Assembly: GCA_965226585.1 (NCBI GenBank)
Contig: OZ245366.1
Span: forward strand, 448,001 to 512,000
Reading direction: 5' to 3'
Source: Thermodesulfobacteriota bacterium
Lineage (GTDB): Bacteria; Desulfobacterota_D; UBA1144; Nemesobacterales; Mycalebacteriaceae
DNA: 64,000 bases
Shown one piece after another: positions 56,182 through 64,000 of the stretch; positions within the stretch are counted from its first letter, which is position 1; every line of letters starts with the position of its first letter. Below the pieces are notes generated by a model. It saw only the letters and a program-made list of their open reading frames with translations, was not told where the DNA came from and did not search any database. Position numbers and translations under genes: made by a program.

Positions 56182-56820
56182 CTAAAACCGCCTGATAAAG
56201 TTCAGGGTCAGTTTTTCGCTAAAACTATATCCTACCTCAACAAGAGATTTCCCCTTAAACAAACGGACAACCGGCGTTATATCAATGTCTTTGTTTTCTC
56301 CGCCCTCAAAACGCTGGGTTGCATCAACCATCAGCCATGTGTGAAGGGCTCCGTATTCCGCCACATACGGGGCGATTCCCGCTCTTGCGGAATGAGTAAA
56401 AAACTTTCCCGCGTCTCCAAGCGTCCACCCGCGACTTTCATAACGCGCAAAAAGCCGCCGCGTTTCCCAGTCCACAGCCGCGCCACCGAAAACGGCGGGA
56501 AAATAACGGTCTTCATAACGCCCGCCGCCCGCGCCCAGTTTTATGTAGAAGTTCGCCTGCGAGCCGATTTTGTTTATCCGCCTGATAAGAAAATTGGCTT
56601 GAGCCACCGCGCCCCGAAAATCATTGCGCCTCAAATGGACCATCCTCAAGCCCAGCGAATGCCGCGCTGTGGGCGAGTAGTGGATGTGGAGCGAGGTGTT
56701 GTCTGCGTTGTGAAGTTGCATCACAGTCCACCCGCCCGGATATGAAACGGGTCTTGCAAGCGCGGAAAAAGGAGCGAACGCGAATACGGTGAGAATTAGA
56801 AACAGTTTTATATTCCGCAA
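56182..56820 (-). CDS. Hypothetical exported protein, probable small beta-barrel
   Basis: Signal peptide ending ALA; aromatic-rich strands; C-terminal LNFIRRF. Confidence 0.6.
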   Translation of the reverse strand: MRNIKLFLILTVFAFAPFSALARPVSYPGGWTVMQLHNADNTSLHIHYSPTARHSLGLRMVHLRRNDFRGAVAQANFLIRRINKIGSQANFYIKLGAGGGRYEDRYFPAVFGGAAVDWETRRLFARYESRGWTLGDAGKFFTHSARAGIAPYVAEYGALHTWLMVDATQRFEGGENKDIDITPVVRLFKGKSLVEVGYSFSEKLTLNFIRRF

Positions 56821-56867
56821 ATCTTTTCCTCTTTTGGAACGGCGGGGCGGGGAAATAAAGGGAAAGG

Positions 56868-56945
56868 TGGCGCGCCCGAGAGGATTTGAACCTCTGACCC
56901 TTGGCTCCGGAGGCCAATGCTCTATCCGGACTGAGCTACGGGCGC
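56868..56945 (-). tRNA. tRNA-Arg (CCG)
   Basis: GCGCCCGTAGCTCAGTCCGGATAGAGCATTGGCCTCCGGAGCCAAGGGTCAGAGGTTCAAATCCTCTCGGGCGCGCCA folds as a cloverleaf; anticodon CCG; encoded CCA. Confidence 0.95.
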
Positions 56946-57677
56946 TTAACCTTTTTTCAACTCCTCCATCACCACTTTCATATCATCCCACAGGGGGCGT
57001 TTGAAAGCCGGATTCCTGAGGAGCGCGGCGGGATGGTAGGTTACCATAAGTTTTGTTTTCCCGTATTCGTGAAACACCCCGCGCAGAGAGCCGAGAGAGA
57101 CTCCGGCGCCGAGTTTCAAAATCGCCTTTGCCGCCACAAGCCCCAGACACACCACAATTCGCGGAGAGATGACGCCCAGCTGCCCGAGCAAAAACGGCTC
57201 GCACTGCGCCACTTCATCGGGTTCAGGGTTGCGGTTTTCAGGCGGTCTGCACTTCACCACATTGCAGATATAGACATCGGAACGCTCCATATTCATCGCG
57301 GATATTATCTTGCCCAGAAGCTGTCCCGCCCTGCCGATAAACGGTCTTCCCTGCTCGTCCTCGTCCTTTCCGGGACCTTCGCCCACAAACACGAGTTTCG
57401 CCTCCGGGTTTCCTTCGCCGAAAACTATTGATTTTCTGCCCTCGTGAAGTTTGCACCTTTCGCAGTCGCCAAGATGCTCTCTTACTTCCTCAAGTGTTTT
57501 TGCTCCTTTTCCGTCAAAAAGCGATGACGGCGGGGCGACAGACACGGAAGACGGTTTTGCGGGAGATGGTTTTGCAGTTTTCGTTTTTATCGCCATTCCG
57601 TTTCCCATTCGCGACTGAAACTCAAGATAGCCCTTGAGGTCTCTTATCACGGCTTCGGTTTCTTCTTTTCTTCCCAT
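56946..57677 (-). CDS. Uracil-DNA glycosylase, family 4
   Basis: CERCKL, GEGPG, PFIGRAG, NVVKCRPPENR, YHPAALLR. Confidence 0.92.
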   Translation of the reverse strand: MGRKEETEAVIRDLKGYLEFQSRMGNGMAIKTKTAKPSPAKPSSVSVAPPSSLFDGKGAKTLEEVREHLGDCERCKLHEGRKSIVFGEGNPEAKLVFVGEGPGKDEDEQGRPFIGRAGQLLGKIISAMNMERSDVYICNVVKCRPPENRNPEPDEVAQCEPFLLGQLGVISPRIVVCLGLVAAKAILKLGAGVSLGSLRGVFHEYGKTKLMVTYHPAALLRNPAFKRPLWDDMKVVMEELKKG

Positions 57678-57773
57678 TTGTCCGGGCGGTTAATTCATTT
57701 GAAAGCCGCCCCCCGTTAATCTACAATATACACCCTTACGGGCGGCAGGTGGGATTTTTGCCGCAAGCGTCCA

Positions 57774-60203
57774 ATGAAAAAGATTTATACCCCTCAAACC
57801 GTTGAGACAAAATGGCAGGAAAAATGGGAGCGGGACGGCGCGCACAAACCCTGTTCCGATTCCGGCAAGCCGAAGTTCTATGTTCTGGAGATGTTTCCCT
57901 ATCCGTCCGGGCGGATACACATGGGGCACGTGCGCAACTACACAATTGGCGATGTTATTGCCCGCTATAAAAGGGCGCGCGGCTTTGACGTTCTGCATCC
58001 AATCGGGTGGGACGCCTTCGGTCTGCCCGCAGAAAACGCGGCGATAAGCAACGGGGTTGACCCTTCGGAGTGGACAAAAACAAACATCGCCCAGATGAGA
58101 ACGCAGTTGAAACGGCTCGGTTTTTCCTACGACTGGTCGAGAGAGATAGCGACTTGCGACCCGTCATATTACAAATGGGAGCAGTGGCTTTTCACCCGGA
58201 TGCTTGAGAAGGGGCTCGCGTATCGCAAAAAAACATTTGTGAACTGGGATCCCGAAGACAAAACCGTTCTCGCCAATGAGCAGGTGATAGACGGAAAGGG
58301 CTGGCGTTCCGGCGCGCCCGTTGAGCGCAGGGAGATAGAGCAGTGGTTTTTGCGCATAAGCGACTACTCGGACGAACTGCTTGACGGACTGAAAAATCTC
58401 CGAGACTGGCCCGAGCCGGTAAAAACCATGCAGTCAAACTGGATAGGGCGTTCCGAAGGCGTTGAGATGACGTTTGACTGCCCGGATTCCTCTCCCGTAA
58501 CGGTTTTTACCACAAGACCCGACACGGTGATGGGGGTTACCTTCATCGCGGTTGCGCCGGGGCATCCGGCGGCTCTCGCGGCGGCAAAAACGGATAAAAA
58601 AGTTGCTGATTTTATCGGCGCGGCGAAAGCCCTTCCGGTTTCAGAGGCGCAGCTTGAGGCGGTTGAGAAAAAAGGCGTTCCGCTTGGGATTTCCGCCATA
58701 CATCCGGTTTCCGGCGAAAAAATTCCCGTGTGGGCGGCAAACTTTGTTCTTACGGGCTACGGTTCGGGAGCCGTTATGTGCGTTCCCGCTCACGACAGAA
58801 GGGATTTTGATTTTGCGAAAAAATACGGATTGCCCGTAAAACAGGTTGTTTTCCCCAAAGGGGAGGATTTTGATATTGAGGAGGGCGCGTTTACGGGTGA
58901 GGGGATTTTGAAAAATTCAGGCGATTTTGACGGGCTTTCTTCAGATGAGGCGTTTTCAGAGATAGCGGATTTTCTGGGAAAAGCGGAAAAAGGCGGACGG
59001 GTTACAAACTACCGCCTGCGCGACTGGGGAATATCGCGCCAGAGATACTGGGGCGCGCCCGTTCCCGTTATCCATTGCGGCGCGTGCGGGGCGGTTCCCG
59101 TTCCGGACGGCGACCTGCCCGTGCGTTTGCCCGAAGGCATGAATTTCAGCAGAGGAGAGGTTGCGTCTCTCGCTTCGGTAGAGTCTTTTGTGTCTGTCAA
59201 CTGCCCGAAGTGCGGCGGAAAAGCGGAAAGAGACACAGACACGATGGACACTTTTGTTGAGTCGTCCTGGTATTTTCTCAGGTACGTGTCTCCCGATTTT
59301 GACGGGGCGATGTTCAACCCCGAATCCGCGCGCCGCTGGATGCCGGTTGATCAGTACATAGGCGGCGTTGAGCACGCGATACTTCACCTGCTTTATTCAA
59401 GATTTTTTGTGCGCGCTCTCAGGGATTTGGATATGTGCGATTTTGACGAGCCGTTTTCCGCCCTTCTCACTCAGGGCATGGTTACAAAAGACGGGGCGAA
59501 AATGTCAAAATCTCTCGGCAACACCGTTGACCCGGACGAAATGATAGAAAAATACGGCGCGGATGCGGTTCGTCTTTTTATTCTTTTCGCGGCTCCGGCG
59601 GAAAAGTCGCTTGACTGGAACGAAAAGGGAATTGAGGGAATGAGCAGATTTTTGAAGCGGCTTTGGTCTCTTGTCCAGTCGGCAAATACGGCGGATGAGG
59701 AGAGAAATCCCGGCGGTGAGGAAAAGCGGATACTCAGCCTTATGCACGGGACGATAAAAAAAGTTACCGAAGACACGGACGGTTTTCATTTCAACACCGC
59801 GATTGCCGCCCTGATGGAGTTTTTGAACTCCCTTTCCGCTTTCGCGGAAAAAAATCCTTCCTCCGCTCTGGTAAAAGAGGGGGCGGTTTCAATTATAAAA
59901 CTCCTTTCCCCTATGGCTCCGCATTTTTGCGAAGAGGCTTGGGAGATGACGGGCAATAAAGAGTCCGTTTTTCTTGAGCCGTGGCTTGAATTTGACAAGG
60001 AATTTTTGCATGGAGACACGATGAGGGTGGTTTTTCAGGTGAACGGAAAGGTGAGGGCGCAGGCGGATATGCCCTCCGGTTCAACCGAAAAGGATATGGA
60101 AAACGCCGCTATTGCCGCTCCGGGGGTGGAGAAGTTTATTTCGGGGAGAGAGGTGAGGAAAATTATAGTTGTGCCGGGAAAACTGGTAAATATTGTGGTT
60201 TAG
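57774..60203 (+). CDS. leuS: Leucyl-tRNA synthetase
   Basis: [33 protein letters not shown]. Confidence 0.97.
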   Translation: MKKIYTPQTVETKWQEKWERDGAHKPCSDSGKPKFYVLEMFPYPSGRIHMGHVRNYTIGDVIARYKRARGFDVLHPIGWDAFGLPAENAAISNGVDPSEWTKTNIAQMRTQLKRLGFSYDWSREIATCDPSYYKWEQWLFTRMLEKGLAYRKKTFVNWDPEDKTVLANEQVIDGKGWRSGAPVERREIEQWFLRISDYSDELLDGLKNLRDWPEPVKTMQSNWIGRSEGVEMTFDCPDSSPVTVFTTRPDTVMGVTFIAVAPGHPAALAAAKTDKKVADFIGAAKALPVSEAQLEAVEKKGVPLGISAIHPVSGEKIPVWAANFVLTGYGSGAVMCVPAHDRRDFDFAKKYGLPVKQVVFPKGEDFDIEEGAFTGEGILKNSGDFDGLSSDEAFSEIADFLGKAEKGGRVTNYRLRDWGISRQRYWGAPVPVIHCGACGAVPVPDGDLPVRLPEGMNFSRGEVASLASVESFVSVNCPKCGGKAERDTDTMDTFVESSWYFLRYVSPDFDGAMFNPESARRWMPVDQYIGGVEHAILHLLYSRFFVRALRDLDMCDFDEPFSALLTQGMVTKDGAKMSKSLGNTVDPDEMIEKYGADAVRLFILFAAPAEKSLDWNEKGIEGMSRFLKRLWSLVQSANTADEERNPGGEEKRILSLMHGTIKKVTEDTDGFHFNTAIAALMEFLNSLSAFAEKNPSSALVKEGAVSIIKLLSPMAPHFCEEAWEMTGNKESVFLEPWLEFDKEFLHGDTMRVVFQVNGKVRAQADMPSGSTEKDMENAAIAAPGVEKFISGREVRKIIVVPGKLVNIVV

Positions 60204-60236
60204 AGATGGTTGATTCTCAAAATACGGAGGCGTTTC

Positions 60237-61298
60237 ATGGGAAAGGATGACAAATTCTTTGAGAAGAAAGTTGAAGCCGTTGAGGTGGAGGGCGGCAAAA
60301 GCGTTTCGGATTTAATCTCCGCGATGTCAAAAACGGGCTTTCAGGGCAGAAGCCTTGCGCGAACGGTTGAGGTTTTCGAAAAAATAGTTAACGATCCTGA
60401 TGTTACCGTTTTCCTCGGCTATGCGGGCTCTCTCTCCACAACCGGGCAGTGGAAAATAATAAACTGGTTTATTGAGAACCGCTTTGTTGACGTGCTTATT
60501 CCCACGGGCGCGAACATATCAGAAGACATTATAGACGCGATGGGTTTCGGGTATTTTCAGGGTTCGGCAAACGCGGACGATACAAAACTTTTTTCCGAGG
60601 GAATAAACCGCTATTACGATGTCTATGGGAAAGAATCCGACTATCTTGAGATGACGGAGATGATAGCGGAGTTTATCCTCACTCTTGACAAGGGGCATAA
60701 ATACTCTTCTCGTGAGTTTTTGAAACTTTTCGGCGGCTATCTTTCAAAAAAGAAAATAAACTCAATAGTGTCTGCGGCGGCTGACAGCGGTGTTCCGGTT
60801 TTTTGTCCGGCAATCGCGGACAGCCCGTACGGAGACGCCGCGCTTATAGCGGAGAGCCGGGGTTTTCATCTCACAATAGACGCGATAAAAGATTATGTGG
60901 AGTTTATGGAGATGGGCGAGAAGGTTAAAGATACGGCGGTAATTTATATCGGCGGCGGCGTTCCGAAAGATTTTATTCAGCTTTTTGCCGTAACCGGCGA
61001 CCTGCTTTATGAAGACAGAGCGGTTCCGGGCAGAAAACAGGGAGTGAACAGAAAAGGAACGGGACCGGCTGAGACATACTATCCGCACAAATACGCGATT
61101 CAGATAACAACGGATTCTCCGCAGTGGGGCGGTCTCAGCGGTTGCACTTTTGAGGAGGCGGTTTCATGGGGAAAGGAAAATCCCGAAGGCGGTCTTGTGC
61201 AGTGTTATTGTGATGCGACAATCGCCCTGCCGATTATTTCCCGCGCAATCGCGGAGAGGGTGAAAAAACCGAGAAAGGGAACGGATTTGGGATTTTAA
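60237..61298 (+). CDS. Deoxyhypusine-synthase-like protein (probable homospermidine synthase)
   Basis: TGANI, IGGGVPKDF, WGGLSGCTFEEAVSWGK (catalytic Lys), DATIALP. Confidence 0.88.
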   Translation: MGKDDKFFEKKVEAVEVEGGKSVSDLISAMSKTGFQGRSLARTVEVFEKIVNDPDVTVFLGYAGSLSTTGQWKIINWFIENRFVDVLIPTGANISEDIIDAMGFGYFQGSANADDTKLFSEGINRYYDVYGKESDYLEMTEMIAEFILTLDKGHKYSSREFLKLFGGYLSKKKINSIVSAAADSGVPVFCPAIADSPYGDAALIAESRGFHLTIDAIKDYVEFMEMGEKVKDTAVIYIGGGVPKDFIQLFAVTGDLLYEDRAVPGRKQGVNRKGTGPAETYYPHKYAIQITTDSPQWGGLSGCTFEEAVSWGKENPEGGLVQCYCDATIALPIISRAIAERVKKPRKGTDLGF

Positions 61299-61318
61299 TT
61301 TATATGGAGGTTTCAAAA

Positions 61319-62080
61319 ATGAGACTTAAAGGAAAAACGGCTTTAATAACCGGCGGCAGTGAGGGCATTGGAAAGGCGACCGCTTTGCTTTTTTGCAAAG
61401 AGGGCGCGAAGGTGGGAATTATGTCCAGAACCGCGAAAAACCTTAAAAAGGTTGTTTCCTCTGCGAAAGGGCGCGGGGAGATAAAAGCGTTTTCGGGTGA
61501 TGTGTCAAACGAAAAAGATGTTAAAAGGGTTGTGAACGCATTTTACAAGCAGTTTGGCAGGATAGACATTCTTTTCAACAACGCCGGAATTCTTGAAGGC
61601 GGAACGGTTGCCACGACCACAAGCGAAGTTTGGGACAGAACGATTAACATAAATGTAAAGGGGGTTTTTCTGGTGAGCAAATACGCCGTTCCTTTAATGG
61701 CGAAGCACGGCGGCGGTTCCGTGATAAATAATTCAAGTGTTCTTGGAATGGTGGCGATGGAGGATTGTGTTGCGTATAACGCCTCAAAGGGCGCGGTTAG
61801 GCAGATAACAAAAAGCATGGCGCTTGACCACGCGAAGGAGAATATACGGGTTAATTCCGTTTGTCCGGGTTACATAAAGACGAAAATGGATGTTGAGTTT
61901 ATGGGCAATCCTCCCGATGCTGAGGAGAAGCTTGATGAGATAGCGGCGGGGATGATACCGATGGTAAGAAGGGCTGAGCCGCTTGAGGTTGCGCAGTCCG
62001 TTCTTTTTCTCGCGTCTGACGAGTCAACATATATGACGGGTTCGGATCTTGTAATAGACGGCGGATGGACGGTTTTATAG
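61319..62080 (+). CDS. Short-chain dehydrogenase/reductase
   Basis: TGGSEGIG, NNAG, YNASK, IDGG. Confidence 0.92.
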   Translation: MRLKGKTALITGGSEGIGKATALLFCKEGAKVGIMSRTAKNLKKVVSSAKGRGEIKAFSGDVSNEKDVKRVVNAFYKQFGRIDILFNNAGILEGGTVATTTSEVWDRTININVKGVFLVSKYAVPLMAKHGGGSVINNSSVLGMVAMEDCVAYNASKGAVRQITKSMALDHAKENIRVNSVCPGYIKTKMDVEFMGNPPDAEEKLDEIAAGMIPMVRRAEPLEVAQSVLFLASDESTYMTGSDLVIDGGWTVL

Positions 62081-62084
62081 GCAA

Positions 62085-62486
62085 GTGAGTGATATTGAAA
62101 CAAGGGAGGATGTGGAACTGCTTGTAGACCGTTTCTACGACAAAATGCTCGCGGATTCAATTCTCGGTTTTATTTTCACGGATATTGCGAAGGTTGATAT
62201 TGATAAACACAAGCCGGTTATTTGTGATTTTTGGGAAACGCTTTTGTTTAACAAGGCGGTCTACAAACGGGGACCCGAAGTGATGAATGTGCACAAGAGG
62301 CTTAATGAAAAGATTCCTCTAAAAAAAGGGCATTTCAAAAGGTGGCTTTTTCTGTTCTCAAGAACCGTTGACGAATTGTTTGAAGGCAAACGCGCAAGTT
62401 TTGCCAAAGAGAAAGCGGATTCAATTGCGGTGCTGATGCAAAAGAGAGTTGGGGTTGAGGGAGGGGTGGAAGGGAAAAGCATATAG
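62085..62486 (+). CDS. Group III truncated haemoglobin
   Basis: LVDRFY, H....CDFW, HFKRWL.LF..TVDELF. Confidence 0.85.
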   Translation: MSDIETREDVELLVDRFYDKMLADSILGFIFTDIAKVDIDKHKPVICDFWETLLFNKAVYKRGPEVMNVHKRLNEKIPLKKGHFKRWLFLFSRTVDELFEGKRASFAKEKADSIAVLMQKRVGVEGGVEGKSI

Positions 62487-62511
62487 TGGTATTCTACGGG
62501 AGGTAGTATTG

Positions 62512-63318
62512 ATGGAATTACAAAAGAAGAAGTCAATTGAAGCTATAGTTCGTTCTGCTGTGGAGTCGTACGCCGTAGGCTTTCAAGCACGCCATGAAGG
62601 AGAGGTTGATAATCCTTCTGGCGTCATCAATATGAAGGTTCATAATGTTTTTATTGAGGCACTTGGGAAAGATATTCAATACTACGCTGCACTTGTACGT
62701 TCTTTGGATAGTTCACTCGGAAACATGCTTGAAAACATGGCAATCAACATAGCAAAGATGTCATTTGAGGTGAGAACCAATGTTGAAGGTCCGCTTGACC
62801 CATCTCAAACACGGAAGATTGCAAATATTCTGGAGAAGTACAAAAGTCGCAAGAAGGTACCGGCAATATCTGACTATAAGGGTTTGAGAAAACCCCCGAA
62901 GGGTGACAAGGCAAGTAAAAAACGCCATGAAAGCGATTACTACTTGATTGATGACAAAAATGACAGTCACTATTTGATTGAACTGAAAATTGGCGGTGAT
63001 CTGGATAACAAGAAAGCCCGTTCCGAGAAAGAGGCGATTTTAGAACAGTTTGCCATATTGTCTAATACTCTCCCACAAGATAAAGAAATTAAGATTTTCT
63101 TTGCAACAGGCTATAACCGCTTTGGTGAGAATCAGCCTTGGAAACAGGAGCGTGTTCGTCAGTTTTTTGCTGATGAAGAACTACTTGTCGGCAAAGATTT
63201 CTGGAATTTTGTATGTTGTTCAGATGACGGCTATCCTACCGTCATTAATACTTACAGAGAGAGTGCCCACTTGATTAACAAAGCACTCGAGTCGATAAAG
63301 AGGACTTATCTTGGCTAA
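62512..63318 (+). CDS. Type II restriction endonuclease (TdeIII-like)
   Basis: RSLDSSLG, ESDYY...IELKIGGDLD, YNRFG, VGKDFWNF; overlaps an MTase gene. Confidence 0.7.
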   Translation: MELQKKKSIEAIVRSAVESYAVGFQARHEGEVDNPSGVINMKVHNVFIEALGKDIQYYAALVRSLDSSLGNMLENMAINIAKMSFEVRTNVEGPLDPSQTRKIANILEKYKSRKKVPAISDYKGLRKPPKGDKASKKRHESDYYLIDDKNDSHYLIELKIGGDLDNKKARSEKEAILEQFAILSNTLPQDKEIKIFFATGYNRFGENQPWKQERVRQFFADEELLVGKDFWNFVCCSDDGYPTVINTYRESAHLINKALESIKRTYLG

Positions 63319-64000
63319 AAAAGTAGAAAAGAGTTATCAATTGCGTCTGGGGGATAGCCATGAATTGATAAAGCAAGTACCCACTTCTTCTGTTGATTTA
63401 ATCCTTACAGATCCTCCCTATAATCTAAGTCCTTATTCTACCGGCAACATTAAGATGTCTTGGCGAAAAGATTTGAACAACGATCTTGCGGACTGGGATA
63501 AGGTTGAATTCAAGCCGTCCGAATGGGTCAAGGAGTTTAAGAGAATACTAAAACCAGAAGGAAACATTTTTGCCTTCTGTAGTTACAATCTTATTGGCAA
63601 ATGGCACGAGGTTTTCGACCCTGAATTTGATACATTCCAATTTATGGTATGGCATAAAACAAACCCAGCACCCAAGATTCGTCGGGCGGGTTTCTTGAAC
63701 AGTTGTGAAATGATAATTTGTATGTGGAACAAAAACCACACTTGGAATTTTACAAATCAAAGAGATATGCACAACTTTATTGAAACACCGATTTGCATGG
63801 GTGTTGAAAGGATGAAAAAACCGAAACACCCTACACAGAAGCCAGTAAGGGTTTTAGAACATTGTATCAACCTTGCTTCGGTGGAGGGTGATGTTGTTTT
63901 TGACCCGTTTATGGGAGTTGGTTCAACAGGAATTGCCGCCCTCAATTTGGATAGGAAGTTTATTGGATTTGAAATAGAAAAAGAATATTTTAAGGCAGCA
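63311..64000 (+). CDS. Beta-class N4/N6 DNA methyltransferase (runs off the window)
   Basis: Absent from the ORF track. Manual translation from TTG 63311 shows DLILTDPPYN, HPTQKP and DPFMGVGST in beta order. Confidence 0.9.
   Translation, partial: MAKKVEKSYQLRLGDSHELIKQVPTSSVDLILTDPPYNLSPYSTGNIKMSWRKDLNNDLADWDKVEFKPSEWVKEFKRILKPEGNIFAFCSYNLIGKWHEVFDPEFDTFQFMVWHKTNPAPKIRRAGFLNSCEMIICMWNKNHTWNFTNQRDMHNFIETPICMGVERMKKPKHPTQKPVRVLEHCINLASVEGDVVFDPFMGVGSTGIAALNLDRKFIGFEIEKEYFKAA

Noticed and set aside
56820..56868. Integration site at the tRNA-Arg 3' end
   Set aside because: No second copy of the tRNA 3' end and no integrase were noticed in the window.
135..63945. Numerous overlapping or antisense ORFs in the track (e.g. 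4392-5441 +, 3627-4364 +, 18377-19189 -, 56008-56745 +)
   Set aside because: They are shadow frames of well-supported genes and show no recognisable motifs.

Overview
Bacterial chromosomal window with moderate-GC housekeeping blocks interrupted by three AT-richer defence-type islands. Left: a minus-strand run tmk-holB-[3000-aa repeat-rich autotransporter]-metG-four minor-pilin-like genes-ilvD (truncated by the window edge). Next come cofG-cofH (FO synthase) and gdhA, then island 1 (about 19.8-23.8 kb): NucS-like nuclease, a collinear relic copy of the gdhA 3' end, HNH nuclease, a frameshifted DNA methyltransferase remnant, a tiny secreted Asp-rich peptide and an ABC-type ATPase + TOPRIM-like pair. 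The middle holds an FAD/Fe-S oxidoreductase, a CBS protein, rhodanese-sufE-sufU, uppP, uvrA and htpX. Island 2 (about 33.6-45.3 kb) is a type I R-M operon whose HsdM carries an N-terminal HTH with a perfect 20-bp palindrome in its promoter, and which embeds NYN (behind a UUCG terminator-like leader), Fic, a membrane protein and a SIR2 protein; an AAA+ ATPase and an 89-bp-period degenerate repeat lie upstream. Right: mnmG, YyaL-like, NUDIX, methyltransferase, a Zur-boxed znuA/zur-znuCB locus with a His/Glu-rich porin-like gene, a barrel-HMA-MerT-like triad, tRNA-Arg(CCG), UDG, leuS, deoxyhypusine-synthase-like, SDR, truncated haemoglobin and a type II R-M pair (island 3, truncated). All product calls come from motif recognition by eye; no database searches were run. 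No CRISPR array, integrase, transposase or prophage was seen.
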